A stretch of DNA of 64,000 nt from Nemertoderma westbladi (lineage: Eukaryota; Animalia; Xenacoelomorpha): NCBI GenBank assembly GCA_032718475.1, contig JAUCBJ010006456.1, positions 22,430 through 86,429 on the forward strand, written 5' to 3'. Below are positions 1 through 11,497 of this stretch, piece after piece. The notes under the pieces were generated by a model. It did no database searches and was not told the origin of the DNA. It was given only the letters and a program-made list of their open reading frames with translations. The position numbers were made by a program, and so were the translations under genes. How positions within the stretch are numbered: position 1 is the first letter of the stretch; each line of letters opens with the position of its first letter.

Positions 1-320
1 TAATATCGAATACGATAATATCGCATACAATAATATCGCATACGATAATATCGCATACGATAATATCGCATACGATAATATCGCATACGATAATATCGCA
101 TACGATAATATTGCATACGATAATATCGCATACGATAATATCGCATACGATAATATCGCATACGATAATATCGCATACGATAATATCGCATACGATAATA
201 TCGCATACGATAATATTGCATACGATAATATCGCATACGATAATATCGCATACGATAATATCGCATACGATAATATCGCATACGATAATATCGCATATGA
301 TATCGCAATACCGCATACGG
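1..320. repeat. 15-bp tandem minisatellite (TAATATCGCATACGA)n, truncated by window start
   Basis: About 20 near-perfect 15-nt units read directly; ORF 111..344 is only the translated repeat (HTIIS)n. Confidence 0.95.
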
Positions 321-362
321 AACTCTAGCCAAAATAATAGCTAACCTCTTCCAAAGGTGATA

Positions 363-941
363 TGTGACGGGATCTACGGAGGATCCCGGTTTATCCGGTT
401 TTGGTTCTTTAATTACGCGTCCCCGCCGTGTGAATGAAAGGCGTTTAAATGTCAGATTAAGAGTTCTAATATTGTTGACGATGGTAGCTGGTAATATATA
501 ATAGGATGAGCACAAACACAGTTATTATGAATGAGATATAAATGAACTGAATGATGGCGGCAGTGGACGGTATTAGAAGTCACCGCTGTGCCCTAACTGA
601 ACCGACTGACTGAATGAGATAACTGAACTAAATGTCATGGTAGCTGGTAATATATTGCACGGTTGGCTGTATTACACTACCCAGCCGATGCCTTCCCCCC
701 ATTGGCTAATAACTCACTTGTCACCCTTCTACTTCCCCTGGGTGTGCTTCCCCCCCGCTGCTATCTCTCTCTCTCTCCCGGAGGTATAACCTCTGACCCC
801 CGCTGTGTGTGTTCCCTTGGGGCCTATTGTCCCCGCTTATTGGGGTGATACAAGGTTGATTGGTAATCAACCTTGTAGTTCCAATATTGCTTAAAACCCA
901 ACTCTCTGTGGGCCTGGCTAGCGGAATTGAATACGCTAACA
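363..941 (-). repeat. 3' LTR
   Basis: Direct repeat of 6302-6883 with about ten differences by eye; adjacent to PPT. Confidence 0.92.
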
Positions 942-960
942 CTCCCCCCCATGCTATCTT
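942..960 (-). promoter_or_regulatory. Polypurine tract AAGATAGCATGGGGGGGAG
   Basis: Purine-rich run directly 5' of the 3' LTR on the minus strand; same sequence precedes the related LTR at 26971. Confidence 0.85.
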
Positions 961-1440
961 CCCGGTAAGAAGATAGCATCCACCTCTAGTGCGCTACAAT
1001 TCCGCTGGATCTCGACCTAGTATCGAGTGTGGGGTGGAACTATTTTTCGCGGAGCCGGTTTTCCAGGCCGCTCCCGATGGGTATGATAACGCTACCCATC
1101 TGACGTCTCGTGTCGAGCCAATTGTGGACTCTCACACAATTTTAAAGCTCTCCACTCTAACTCTAATCTCTCACTCTAACTCCCCACTCTTACACTCTCC
1201 CCACACCTGAATCGCACTCTAACTTCTCTCCATACTCCTCTCTACTTTCTACCACTCCCTTAGGCCCTAATCTCTGATGCTACCCCTGTGCTATCATACT
1301 ATCTACCTACTACTTACTTGCTAACTAGCTAACTCTATTAACTCTCCGACTCTAACTAGCTCTACTAAGTCTAACTAACTCCTACTAACTCTCTACTTCT
1401 ACTAACTCTCTCTAACTCTTACCAACTCTTCTAACTACGT

Positions 1441-2213
1441 GGCGCTTAGGGTGCCCACAACCCCTCTACTACTAACTCTAACTAAAACCCTCTAACTCTC
1501 TACTAACTCTAACTCAACTTAGTCTACTCCTTTCTACTCCCTACGTGGCGCTTGCGGTGCCCACAACCACTTTGCTTACTACTAACTTCCGTCTATGTGG
1601 CGCTTGCGGTGCCCACAACCACTCTACTATCTGGCACCCTATGTGCTCGTCTCTACTACTCTACTGCCTGGCACCCCATGTGCCCTCTCTACTACTCTAC
1701 TACCTCTAACTCTCTAACTCTACTACCTCTAACTCTCTAACTCTACTACCTGGCACCCTATGTGCCCATCTCTACTATTCTAATCTATCTACATCTTACC
1801 CCCTTTACGTCTCCTCGCATGCACGTGACGCTCTGAGTGCCGGCAGAGTGGGTACGTTAATCATGTGAACTACTACTAACTCTTACTAACTCTACTAACT
1901 CTCTACTAACTCAACTAACTCTACCAAATCTCTACTAACTCAACTCACTCTACTACTAACTTCTTGTGCCCGGCACCTCTTGTGCCCGGCACCCACCCTA
2001 ATTAACATACCCTGCTCTTACATCAAACACGTCATCACGCCCGTGCCCCACTTAGTTCAATGCATCCCCTGTACCGTGGCGCTTCCTGTGCCCACAACCT
2101 CTCTACCACTACTTCCATCTATGTGGCGCTTCCGGTGCCCACAACCTCTCTACTACTAACTCTACTCTGCTAACTCTCTACTTCCTCTAATTCTACATGG
2201 CGCTTGCGGTGCC
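1441..2213. repeat. Array of ten GGCRC-N5-GTGCY inverted-repeat motifs in G-poor low-complexity linkers
   Basis: Copies start at 1441, 1547, 1599, 1633, 1670, 1752, 1972, 2078, 2125, 2199. Confidence 0.85.
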
Positions 2214-2835
2214 CACGACCACTCTACTACTACCTCTTCTCGGTACTACGTACCTTCTACTAACTAACTAGCCTCTCTAACTAACGGTACTACGTACCCT
2301 CTTACTGCTTCTAACTTAACTAGCTATCTACTTACTAACTACTACTTACTTTCTGACTTTCTATTTATTTTATTATTTAATTATTTTTATTATTTTCGTT
2401 TTAATTAAATAATTATTTTTGCGTGGGAAGGGCGTCTCGCCCTCATTCCCACCCCCCTCAGTCCAAAACATTGGACGACTAAAACTCTAAGGTGCCCCTT
2501 CTTCCAGTAGGCACTCTCCCACTGTCCTCCTATACGTCCTCTTACTCTTTGCCACACTTTCTTAGATACTACCTCTGCTGGCCTCCCCCTTAGTATGTGC
2601 GCTGGCATTTAAGGCCTCGACGACCCCCGTTCGTCCTTCGGTATACACGACGTCTGCCCATGTAATGCCCCCTCGCACTCTGTTAGTCCCGCGAGCATAT
2701 GCAACACGCCTCCTACTTTCCTGACTCCTTTATTATGTCCACCCACGGGTCACTCTGCCCCTGATCTAATCCTCTCACATCCTCTCCCTTTCCATCTTGT
2801 CTTCTTACTCGACCCCCCCCTTGTCGGTATGCCTC

Positions 2836-4980
2836 TCAACCGGACCGGCGTCTCTTCCGGACACTCCTCTGGACACTCCTGACACTCCACTGGACGCTCC
2901 TCCGGTTTGTCCTCCGGACATCTTGCCATCCGCTCCTCTCTATCTCCATACCGATACTTGCTGGGATATCTATTCTCCCCCGCCACTCTCTAACTGTTAC
3001 TTCCTCGGGTAGTACTTTTCTCTTCTTTCTTGCCACTGTCGTGCTTGTAGCTGCTGTTTCTCTACACTCTCCGGGTCTGTGTCCTTCTACCACACATCGA
3101 TGACATAGTCCGTTTGCGTCTGTGTAGGCTATACGATCTTGTTTGGGCAACGCTTGCCAGTGCTTACAACTCCTGGTCTCATGGGTTCCGTCCCGATGTA
3201 ATTGACATTCGAATCCTGGATTATAGCGTTTCCTGTATAGTCCTTCACGTATCGCGCGTAGGTTTATATCTACCGATTTTGTGTTTTGGTTGTCTGTACT
3301 CGGCCTACTGGGTATACTGTGATTGTGTTTATTTGTGGTGTTATTTTCTTTCTGCCCTGCCATGGTGTGGCCCTACTACCAGCTAACTGTGGGCTTGTAG
3401 CCCCCTGTATGGCCGCGTGTGGTAGTGACTGTCCGCACGACCTGTTCTCGTCCAGGGGGCTTGATGTTCTCATTGCTGTTCGAGTGTATTGTTGATATTG
3501 TGATGGGGGAATGTCACCCTGTTCCCCCCCCCCCACCGGTATGTTTGGTACTGGGGTTGATGTTAATATATTGGGGCCCATACATCTATCTGCAATAACT
3601 CTCCCCTCCCCTGGATATATTTTATGTCCCTGTGTATTATAGTCATGCTGCCGTACCGATATAGGCCTACCCACTTCTTGCCTACCTACCGGTATGTACT
3701 CCGCGGCTTCCGGGTTTAATCCCGTCGTCCGCGCTACCCTATCACCCATTCTATCTCTCCCAGCATGGCCTATAATAGTATGTGCAGTAAGGCCTACAGT
3801 ATGTCCTGCAGTCTGCATGTGCCCTTTCGAACCGAAGTTTAATCTTCGCGAATCTCGAATATCCCCGCGACCACCACACTCTCGATCAGCAGCTATATCC
3901 CGTCGGGAAGCTTCTCTTCGATCCCCACTCCTGTTCTCGACTTCGTATCGGTACGTCCTGTACCCCTCTCTTGGCGTGCGGTGCGTTTCTCCGGGGCGAT
4001 GGCAATCTCCCGAAGTTCGACCCCACTGACTCCTTAACTCCATCTCTACTGTCGACGGCTCGTTATCCGTCCTCGCTCTCCTATCGTTCGCGACGACACT
4101 TCTTCTTCTATCTTCTCTTCTTCTCTTCACAGTGCAGTATTCCCGCTCGTGAGATCTCTCGTTGACCTCCCGGTTAAACTCCACTGTTCTTCTTCCCTCT
4201 TCTGATCGGGCTCGACGCTTCGTCCGCCCTCTCGCGACGTCAACCTGCCTCTCTCTGCTCGATTGCACACCGCTGGGGATACTCGCAATCCCCCTATTAC
4301 TCTCTGTTGCCGGGTGTTGCGGTTTACCTAACTCGGCCCACGCATTATCCGTCGACGCTTGTGGGGCACTCTCTGCCCCCCCCCCCCTCTCGCCGCTAAC
4401 TTCTCGTTGTGGGGCTCCTGTAGCCCCCCCCCCCCCCCCCCCCACTCGCCACATATCACCTCACTACATCTTACTTCACCTCTACACCTCTCAGTCGACG
4501 CACTGTCTCCACTGCGGTCGGGTCTATTCACCCCCGCCTCTCTCTCCACTGCTGCGTGGCCTATCAGGCCCCCCTCGGGTTGACTCAACCCCGCGCCTCC
4601 TGCCTACTAACTACGTGGCCTACCAGGCCGCCGTCGGGTTGGCTCAACCCCGCCACTCTCTGCGCACTAACTGCGTGGCCTGCCAGGCCCCCGTTGGGGT
4701 TATGCACGTCCGACACGTTCATATTAATAGCACCATTCCCGATATTATCTGTTAGATCAATTAAATCCCCAAAATCAATTAAAATATTAGAATTATTAGA
4801 ATTTGAAATGGGATTATTATTTAAATTATTTAAATTAGAATTATTTTCTAAATTTAAATTACTATTCGAATTATTTTGCACGTTTGAATTGAAATTATTA
4901 TTTAGATTATTTGTATTTAAATTTAAATTACTACTACCAGGTAAAATATTATTTGCTGCTATAATATTATAAGGGATTAG
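2836..4980 (-). pseudogene. gag-like ORF, broken by frameshifts: Asn-rich N-terminal part, Arg-rich middle, C-terminal zinc knuckles
   Basis: ORF pieces 4585-4881, 4328-4588, 3270-4454, 2836-3363; the last has CQLHRDGTHETRSC...LCHRCVVEGHRPGEC (CX2CX4HX4C, BEL/Pao-type tandem knuckle spacing); one junction overlaps poly-G runs. Confidence 0.65.
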
Positions 4981-5212
4981 GGTTATCTACTACGGTACTA
5001 TTAATATTAACTACTTCTAACGTACTACTACTACCCCCTCCCGCCCGCATGGCTACACCGGTTCTGGTTCTCTCGCCCGGTGCCTGTAAGTGGGGTCTCA
5101 CTCTCTGATAATCCCAACGGCGCCAGTTCTAGTCGGCGCTGATTCAGTTTGGCTTGATATTGTGTAAGCCTCTCTAGCCGGGCACGCAAATTATCCCGCA
5201 CACGCTCTGCCT

Positions 5213-5968
5213 CTATCTCTCTCTCTCTCTGTACACTCGTAAACTTCGCTCGGCCAACTCTGTCTCTCTCGCAACCATCTCAAGCCGCCTCGCCGGCTCG
5301 CTCTCTACTCTCATCTCCCGCTCTCTACACTCCTCGACTACCTCTTTATACTCCCTTACCAACTCTAATAATGCGGTTTCCTCCCTCAGTTGCCTCTCTA
5401 ACTCTCTCTGCTCTAGCGCCGCCATTTTTGATTTATACGCCAGATTTATCTCCCGCACCCGTCTTTCTTTTGCGGAGGATGTAGCAGACTTATCGGTTGC
5501 GACGGACTCCCGTCGCCCCACTGTCCCACCAACTTTCCCCCGCCTCCCGGAACTTCCTCCGACCGACGAGACCGAATCCTCGGGGCTAACCTCGGATTCG
5601 CCCTCCTGCGGTCTCCTCCAACCCACTAATTTTACTCCCTGGACATCGACTGAGTATGGCCCTATGTACACTACACTAGGCACCATACCCCTACATTCCC
5701 ATAGTTCAGACAGTTCGCTGGCAACCCCTCTCGCTCTCTCCTCGGCTAGTTCTCTCTGCCCAAAACGCATGAGATAGTTAAAATGTTCATTCGACTCACC
5801 TAGTCGTCTTTTCAACTTGACCTGGTCTATCTGGGCCCCTCCTTTCGCTTTTCTTAACTGCTGCCGGGTCGCGGCGTAGGCTCGTCGGAGCCGGCTGCTG
5901 ACCCCGACGTCCTCGTCGCCGACGTCTCCTCTATCTCTCCGGGTCCGGCGTCGTACCGGCGGCTCCAC
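5213..5968 (-). CDS. Charged coiled-coil ORF of the LTR element (ORF upstream of gag), unknown function
   Basis: 251-aa open frame with E/R-rich heptad-like C-terminal half; lies between 5' LTR and gag. Confidence 0.5.
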   Translation of the reverse strand: MEPPVRRRTRRDRGDVGDEDVGVSSRLRRAYAATRQQLRKAKGGAQIDQVKLKRRLGESNEHFNYLMRFGQRELAEERARGVASELSELWECRGMVPSVVYIGPYSVDVQGVKLVGWRRPQEGESEVSPEDSVSSVGGSSGRRGKVGGTVGRRESVATDKSATSSAKERRVREINLAYKSKMAALEQRELERQLREETALLELVREYKEVVEECREREMRVESEPARRLEMVARETELAERSLRVYRERER

Positions 5969-6301
5969 CGTTGCCGTTCCGGTGGGCCGTCCGTCGCCCT
6001 CGGCCTGTGGCTGGCCGGCGACATCGGCACGTCGACCGCCGTCGTACGTCGACTCGTCTCTCCCTTCTCGTTGTTAGACGGCCCCCCTTCGTCTTGGATT
6101 GCCGGATCGTCCGTAGTCGACGGATCCGGCGTCGTGGGTCAATACCGTCTCGCTGTGGCCTCGCGGATCGTTAGGTCGCCGTCCGGGGTCCGCGGCGGTG
6201 TCGTCTCTCCTGTTCGACTCATCTTTTGTCTTTAGGTCGGTGGCTGGCAGCTACAGTTTGGGCGTGTTCTAATACTTAGGGCAGCAGCTCAGTTCTAATA
6301 C

Positions 6302-6883
6302 TGTGACGGGATCCACGGAGGATCCCGGTTTATCCGGTTTTGGTTCTTTAATTACGCGTCCCCGCCGTGTGAATGAAAAGCGTTTTAATGTCAGATTAAG
6401 AGTTCTAATATTGTTGACGATGGTAGCTGGTAATATATAATAGGATAAGCACAAACACAGTTATTATGCATTGAGATATAAATGAACTGAATGATGGCGG
6501 CAGTGGACGGTATTAGAAGTCACCGCTCTGCCCTAACTGAACCGACTGACTGAATGAGATAACTGAACTAAATGACATGGTAGCTGGTAATATATTGCAC
6601 GGTTGGCCGTATTACACTACCCAGCCGATGCCTTCCCCCCATTGGCTAATAACTCACTTGTCACCCTTCTACTTCCCCTGGGTGTGCTTCCCCCCCGCTG
6701 CTATCTCTCTCTCTCTCTCCCGGAGGTATAACCTCTGACCCCCGCTGTGTGTGTTCCCTTGGGGCCTATTGTCCCCGCTTATTGGGGTGATACAAGGTTG
6801 ATTGGTAATCAACCTTGTAGTTCCAATATTGCTTAAAACCCAACTCTCTGTGGGCCTGGCTAGCGGAATTGAATACGCTAACA
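6302..6883 (-). repeat. 5' LTR
   Basis: Direct repeat of 363-941, TG..CA ends, followed by TSD TGATA. Confidence 0.92.
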
Positions 6884-8341
6884 TGATATTTACGTTCTAG
6901 AACAAAAAACATAATGATAAAAACCATTAACATGATCAGAAATTAGGTACCAAAAATTTGGTTTTGTAATTTAAAAAACAGTAGCTACCTAAAAAACCAG
7001 CAGCTACCATAAAAAACCAATAGCTAACGTCTCACAGAAGATGACATTTATGTTCTAAAACAAAAAACCTGATGATAAAAGCCATTAACGTGTTCAAATA
7101 AATGGTCAAGTAGTGGGTAGCCATAACATAGTAATGCCCGACGGGAGTATCAGCACTTTAATAATGGTGTGCTGCAAGGTGGGTCTTAAGGTTTTACACC
7201 GCCACCGGGAGTAACGAAACATAGTATGTTGTGCTCCCTTCATTTTCTACCTGAAGACTTTGTCGTGTGGAGGAAGGACAGCAACAAATCAAGGTTAGAC
7301 AACAAAGTGAAAAATATTTCCAAGTTATAGTTGTCCATTGTACTTAGTATTGTAGTATTGCAGACACTCTTTTTACTTCATTTGTTTCAAAAACAGTACG
7401 TTAAATTTCAGATAGTAAATAAAACATGTTTATCAGTAGGATGGGTTTGTTCCAACCTACTACAAACGGTTGTTATTTAGGGTGATGGTGTAATTGAAAT
7501 AAAATTTTCATCTTTAACTTTTTATTTTGTAATAGACGTCGCCTTAAATCCGATGCAATGCTGACTGTTTTCGAAGGTTACCCCGATTATGCTATAGATG
7601 GAAAGATTGCGCGCTCTCAAACCTTAACTTCAGGCGCAAGATATATCAGAGAACAAGATATACTTGACAATTCTGTAGTACAGTTTAAATAATTGGAATA
7701 TATCAAAGACTTATTGATGATTTGATCAAAACTGTTGACAACACAGAGCCAAATCGCGAGTGATTTTGACCTCATATCAAAACAATCATCTCTGATAATC
7801 TTATTCACTAGTATGGACATTGGACACGTAATTACTAACCAGGATTCATAGTTATAATGAGTCCCTATATTTAACAAATAAAAGCACAGGTTAATCAATA
7901 AGACAATACGTTTCAACGCAATTCTTGCAAAAGGTTGATTTACACTAAAACTAATTTGCATACTACTGGCATATCAGATGATATTATAAGGTTGGGGTGG
8001 GGGGGGGGGGGGGGGGGGGGGGGGAGGGTAATAAATTCGGAACTCCATTCTCATTATTCAACGACATGCCATGGTTTATTCAGACTTAACATGACAAAGC
8101 CACAACAGGTAGCTGGCGCAGAAATTATTTGGGTTGGAGTGGGGGAAACCAGAGCTTGTTTTAACTGAATCGGAATTGTTAACTGAACCGAATTTTACAC
8201 AATTTTTTAACCTGTTTTACCCAATTTTAGATATAGTTTATTTTATTCTAAGTTGTTTTGTTACGTAATGTGTACGTACTGTTGTTTGAGCGCCTTAGAG
8301 TATTCTTATGTAAATTTTGCGCTATACGAATCGTTTTTATA

Positions 8342-8590
8342 ATTATTATTATTGAATGTGAGCATCTTTTTAGGCTCGTTAAAGCCAAGGAATGCCTTGT
8401 CACCACCAGGGTGATCTTCCACAGTAAACCCTTCCACTCTGTTTCCAAAGTTGCCTTGGTTCCCATTTATCGACCACTGAAGAATGAAAGCCAGGGTTGG
8501 GCTAGGCATTTAAAGCACTGTTCCCCTACAGTGATGCCACATCTAGGGATCGAACCAGGGCTCCCTAATTGGAAGCCATGCCCAGCCCTT
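8342..8590 (-). mobile_element. Probable tRNA-derived SINE
   Basis: Minus strand: B-box GGTTCGATCCC near 8546-8556 and (AAT)n tail near 8342-8355. Confidence 0.5.
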
Positions 8591-8975
8591 AATTATTATT
8601 GTTAACAAATATAAGGGTTATTTTATATACATAAGTAAAGATGATAAATATGCGCATCTAATGCAACATACATTATTAAAATCCGTTCAAAAACTCAAAT
8701 GGTAGCGGTTTAGATATGATGATTCCTAAAACAATTAACAGCAGCAAAAATCAGAAATTAGGCCTCAACTGGTATCTCCGATTATTATACAGTTTGCAGT
8801 CCTGGTGTAAATTAATATTCTAGAAAATAGTTTTATGGTTAGCTGTTAGATGGCGGTAAGAAGTGCCCCATAGGATTTCTCAGTAACAGATTTACTGTCA
8901 GATCCGCTTGAATAAGAAAGAGTCCCAGATGTACGGTGGTGATTTACGGCCACATTTACTTTTTCTGATATAATT

Positions 8976-9143
8976 CAATTACTTTACCTTTTTTCTATCA
9001 GATGTTCCATCAATTACTTTACCTTTTTTCTATCAGTGTTCCATCAATTACTTTACCTTTTTTCTATCAGCTGTTCCTTCAATTACTTTACCTTTTTTCT
9101 ATCAGCTGTTCCATCAATTACTTTACCTTTTTTCTATCAGCTG
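8976..9143 (+). repeat. Left subterminal ~32-bp tandem repeats of the IS3EU element
   Basis: Unit CAATTACTTTACCTTTTTTCTATCAGCTGTTCCAT, about 5 copies. Confidence 0.9.
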
Positions 9144-10979
9144 ACTTTGCTACAGTACCACTAGTACCAGTACTGCAGTACAGCTGTATGCTACAGGCTG
9201 ACTGTATTTTCACCAAGTTCAGAAGTTCTGGTGTCTGAGACCCTGAGTGTGAAGGTGTGTACACTACGGTAGGGTACATTTTAGCAGCAATACTGTAATT
9301 TACACCAAACCAATATGGCAATATGCAATAACTTTATATACACCTACCGGTAGGCCTATCCCGGTATCGGTACAGGCGAACCTACTTTAAAATGATAGCG
9401 ACTTGCTGACAGGTAGGAGTGTAGGACTGTAGATGGTCGCGGCAGACCGGTAATGTAGGCCTAATTGTAATTGCCCATTTCTGGATTTACTGGTAGTAAT
9501 TTGTAATTGCGATGGTAGTATAGCGTATGCAGCATTGGCAGGGCTAACCCAGCCCATGCTGGGAGTACTTCTAGCTGTACAGCTGTAGGTACCCTGCTAA
9601 CCACATATGAAGTAAAAACATTTGCAGATTGCTTGGTTTATGCTCAAAAACGTTTGTTGTTTGCAAATAACTTTTGCTGTCTACAGAGCGTAAATTTAAT
9701 ACGTTATTAAAATGTTATTCTAGCAACAATTTCAAACCTTTAATTGCTAATTTGCTATTGCAAAGTGCAAACATTTTTCAAACGTTTTGCAATTTCATAA
9801 AATTGAATAACCCTCCAAAATAAAAATAAAACCGCCAATAATTTGAAATCTTTGTTTAGTCACTGCACTGCGCTGCACTGCTCCTTTAAACAATGGACTG
9901 CAGTACAGTCTGACAGCTGTAATGCTATACTCCTATACTGCTGTACTGTGTACTGTGTACTGTATATCCTGGCTGCCTGATATCAGTATAATATTGTCAA
10001 ATCACAAATGTTGTTCGGTACCGTGTATGGGAACTGCTGCTGTGCTGTACTGCGCATGTCAGCATGTATCTGTGTATCGGTATGCCTGAACGTAGGCCTA
10101 CCTACTCACTGACAGACTGACGTACGTAGGCTTATCAGCTTAATACAGTCTGACAGTTATACTCTGTACTCCCTGCCTGCCTGCTGCCCTTATACAGTTA
10201 TAGCAGATAGGCAGATAGTGCATTGTGCTGGTCTGCTGTACCGGTACCGGTGCACTAATGACAATAGGCCTACTATGACAGTATGTAAGTACTACACACT
10301 ACTGCACTATGCACTACACGCGACGACTACCGGCTGACCGGTACCTGTAGAAACCTGTACACAACCAGACAACCGTCAGACCATGCTCGTCGTACCTCGG
10401 CTCGGTTGCTCGGTCAGTCTGTCTGTCTGTCAGTCGGTTAAAAAAACGTACCCGATCAATAACGTAGCGTAGGCCTACCCATATTTTGGCTACGTTTTAA
10501 CTTTTTTAACCCACAAGTCACAAGACTTTACCGCCTTGCCGGTACTGCATTTGCATTATACCGGTCAGCCGGTAGTCATGGTAGTCATACTAACTTTTAA
10601 GTGTCCGTCAGTCCGTGTCAGAAAGAACTGAAGAAAGTGTCCGTGCAGCCACTATTTGTCCTTCACACAGTCTAGCAGTCAGTTATAGTTCATATGCGTA
10701 CGTACCTCTGGTATTTTCGTATTGCAAAAATAAGACTATAAGTATGAAATAGGCCTACCCTATGTTATTGAGATATTGTTTATTGTTTTGGTTAGAAAAG
10801 CCCACCACTGTAACCTGCTTCTTTTGCCAGAGGTACGCATACAGGCATATGAACGATAACCATACAGCCATAAAATTGCTAGATAGAGGCATACATACCG
10901 TACAATGCACACATCTCCAACCAGACACTATACAGCTATATAACATTGGAGGTGTCTCATGGGTTCCCCCAAGCTTGAC

Positions 10980-11160
10980 ACTAGAACAAAATCGCCTCCG
11001 CTTTGCAGGATATTGCTTTCGCCGTGAGGACCAGCCAGTGCCTAATCTTGTACTTTGGCAGCCTCATGGAGTGAATAAGCATGGTGGACAGCCCATGACT
11101 TTCTTGAGACGCATCTTAAAGGACACTGGCCTTGAAGATGCGGATGATCTAGCAAATGTC
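10980..11160 (+). pseudogene. RTE-like LINE 3' fragment inside the EnSpm element
   Basis: RLRFAGYCFRREDQPVPNLVLWQP...G resembles the RTE C-terminus seen at 28760-28860. Confidence 0.6.
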
Positions 11161-11497
11161 ATATATATATATATATATTTTGTCGATAAGCCGGCACAGC
11201 ATTCTTAAAAATGCAGCTGCAATGCAGCATGCCGATCCTAGTAGTACAGTAGTAGTAGCCCAGGCTGGAAAAAGTCTCCCAGGCGCGCACAACGCCCGCG
11301 CACTTCATTGCCAACTGCGCATTCCCATATGCAATAATCGCGCACCCCAAAAATCCCAAAACTATTTTGTATTTTTTTGTTCTTTTTTGTACAGATTCGT
11401 CAGACCGGTGTATTACCGTAGGGCCTACAGTATTAGGCATTAGGTTTAAGTTCATGTAGCTGACTAATGGATCGATCTTAGAAAGAAAAAAAGTGAT

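Larger units (their letters stand above)
363..6883 (-). mobile_element. Full-length non-autonomous LTR retrotransposon (gag-like only, no pol; BEL/Pao-like zinc knuckles)
   Basis: Two ~580-bp direct repeats 363-941 and 6302-6883, both TGT...ACA; 5-bp TSD TGATA at 358-362 and 6884-6888; polypurine tract on minus strand next to left LTR; no RT/RNase H/integrase motifs in the internal ORFs. Confidence 0.92.

Noticed and set aside
111-344. ORF (HTIIS)n
   Set aside because: Translation of a 15-bp minisatellite
989-1210. Conserved antisense peptide shared with ORFs at 26700-26923
   Set aside because: Frame differs between the two copies; similarity is better explained by conserved RNA structure
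1441-2213. CRISPR-like repeat-spacer appearance
   Set aside because: Spacers are low-complexity, related to each other and irregular in length; no cas genes; eukaryotic LTR context
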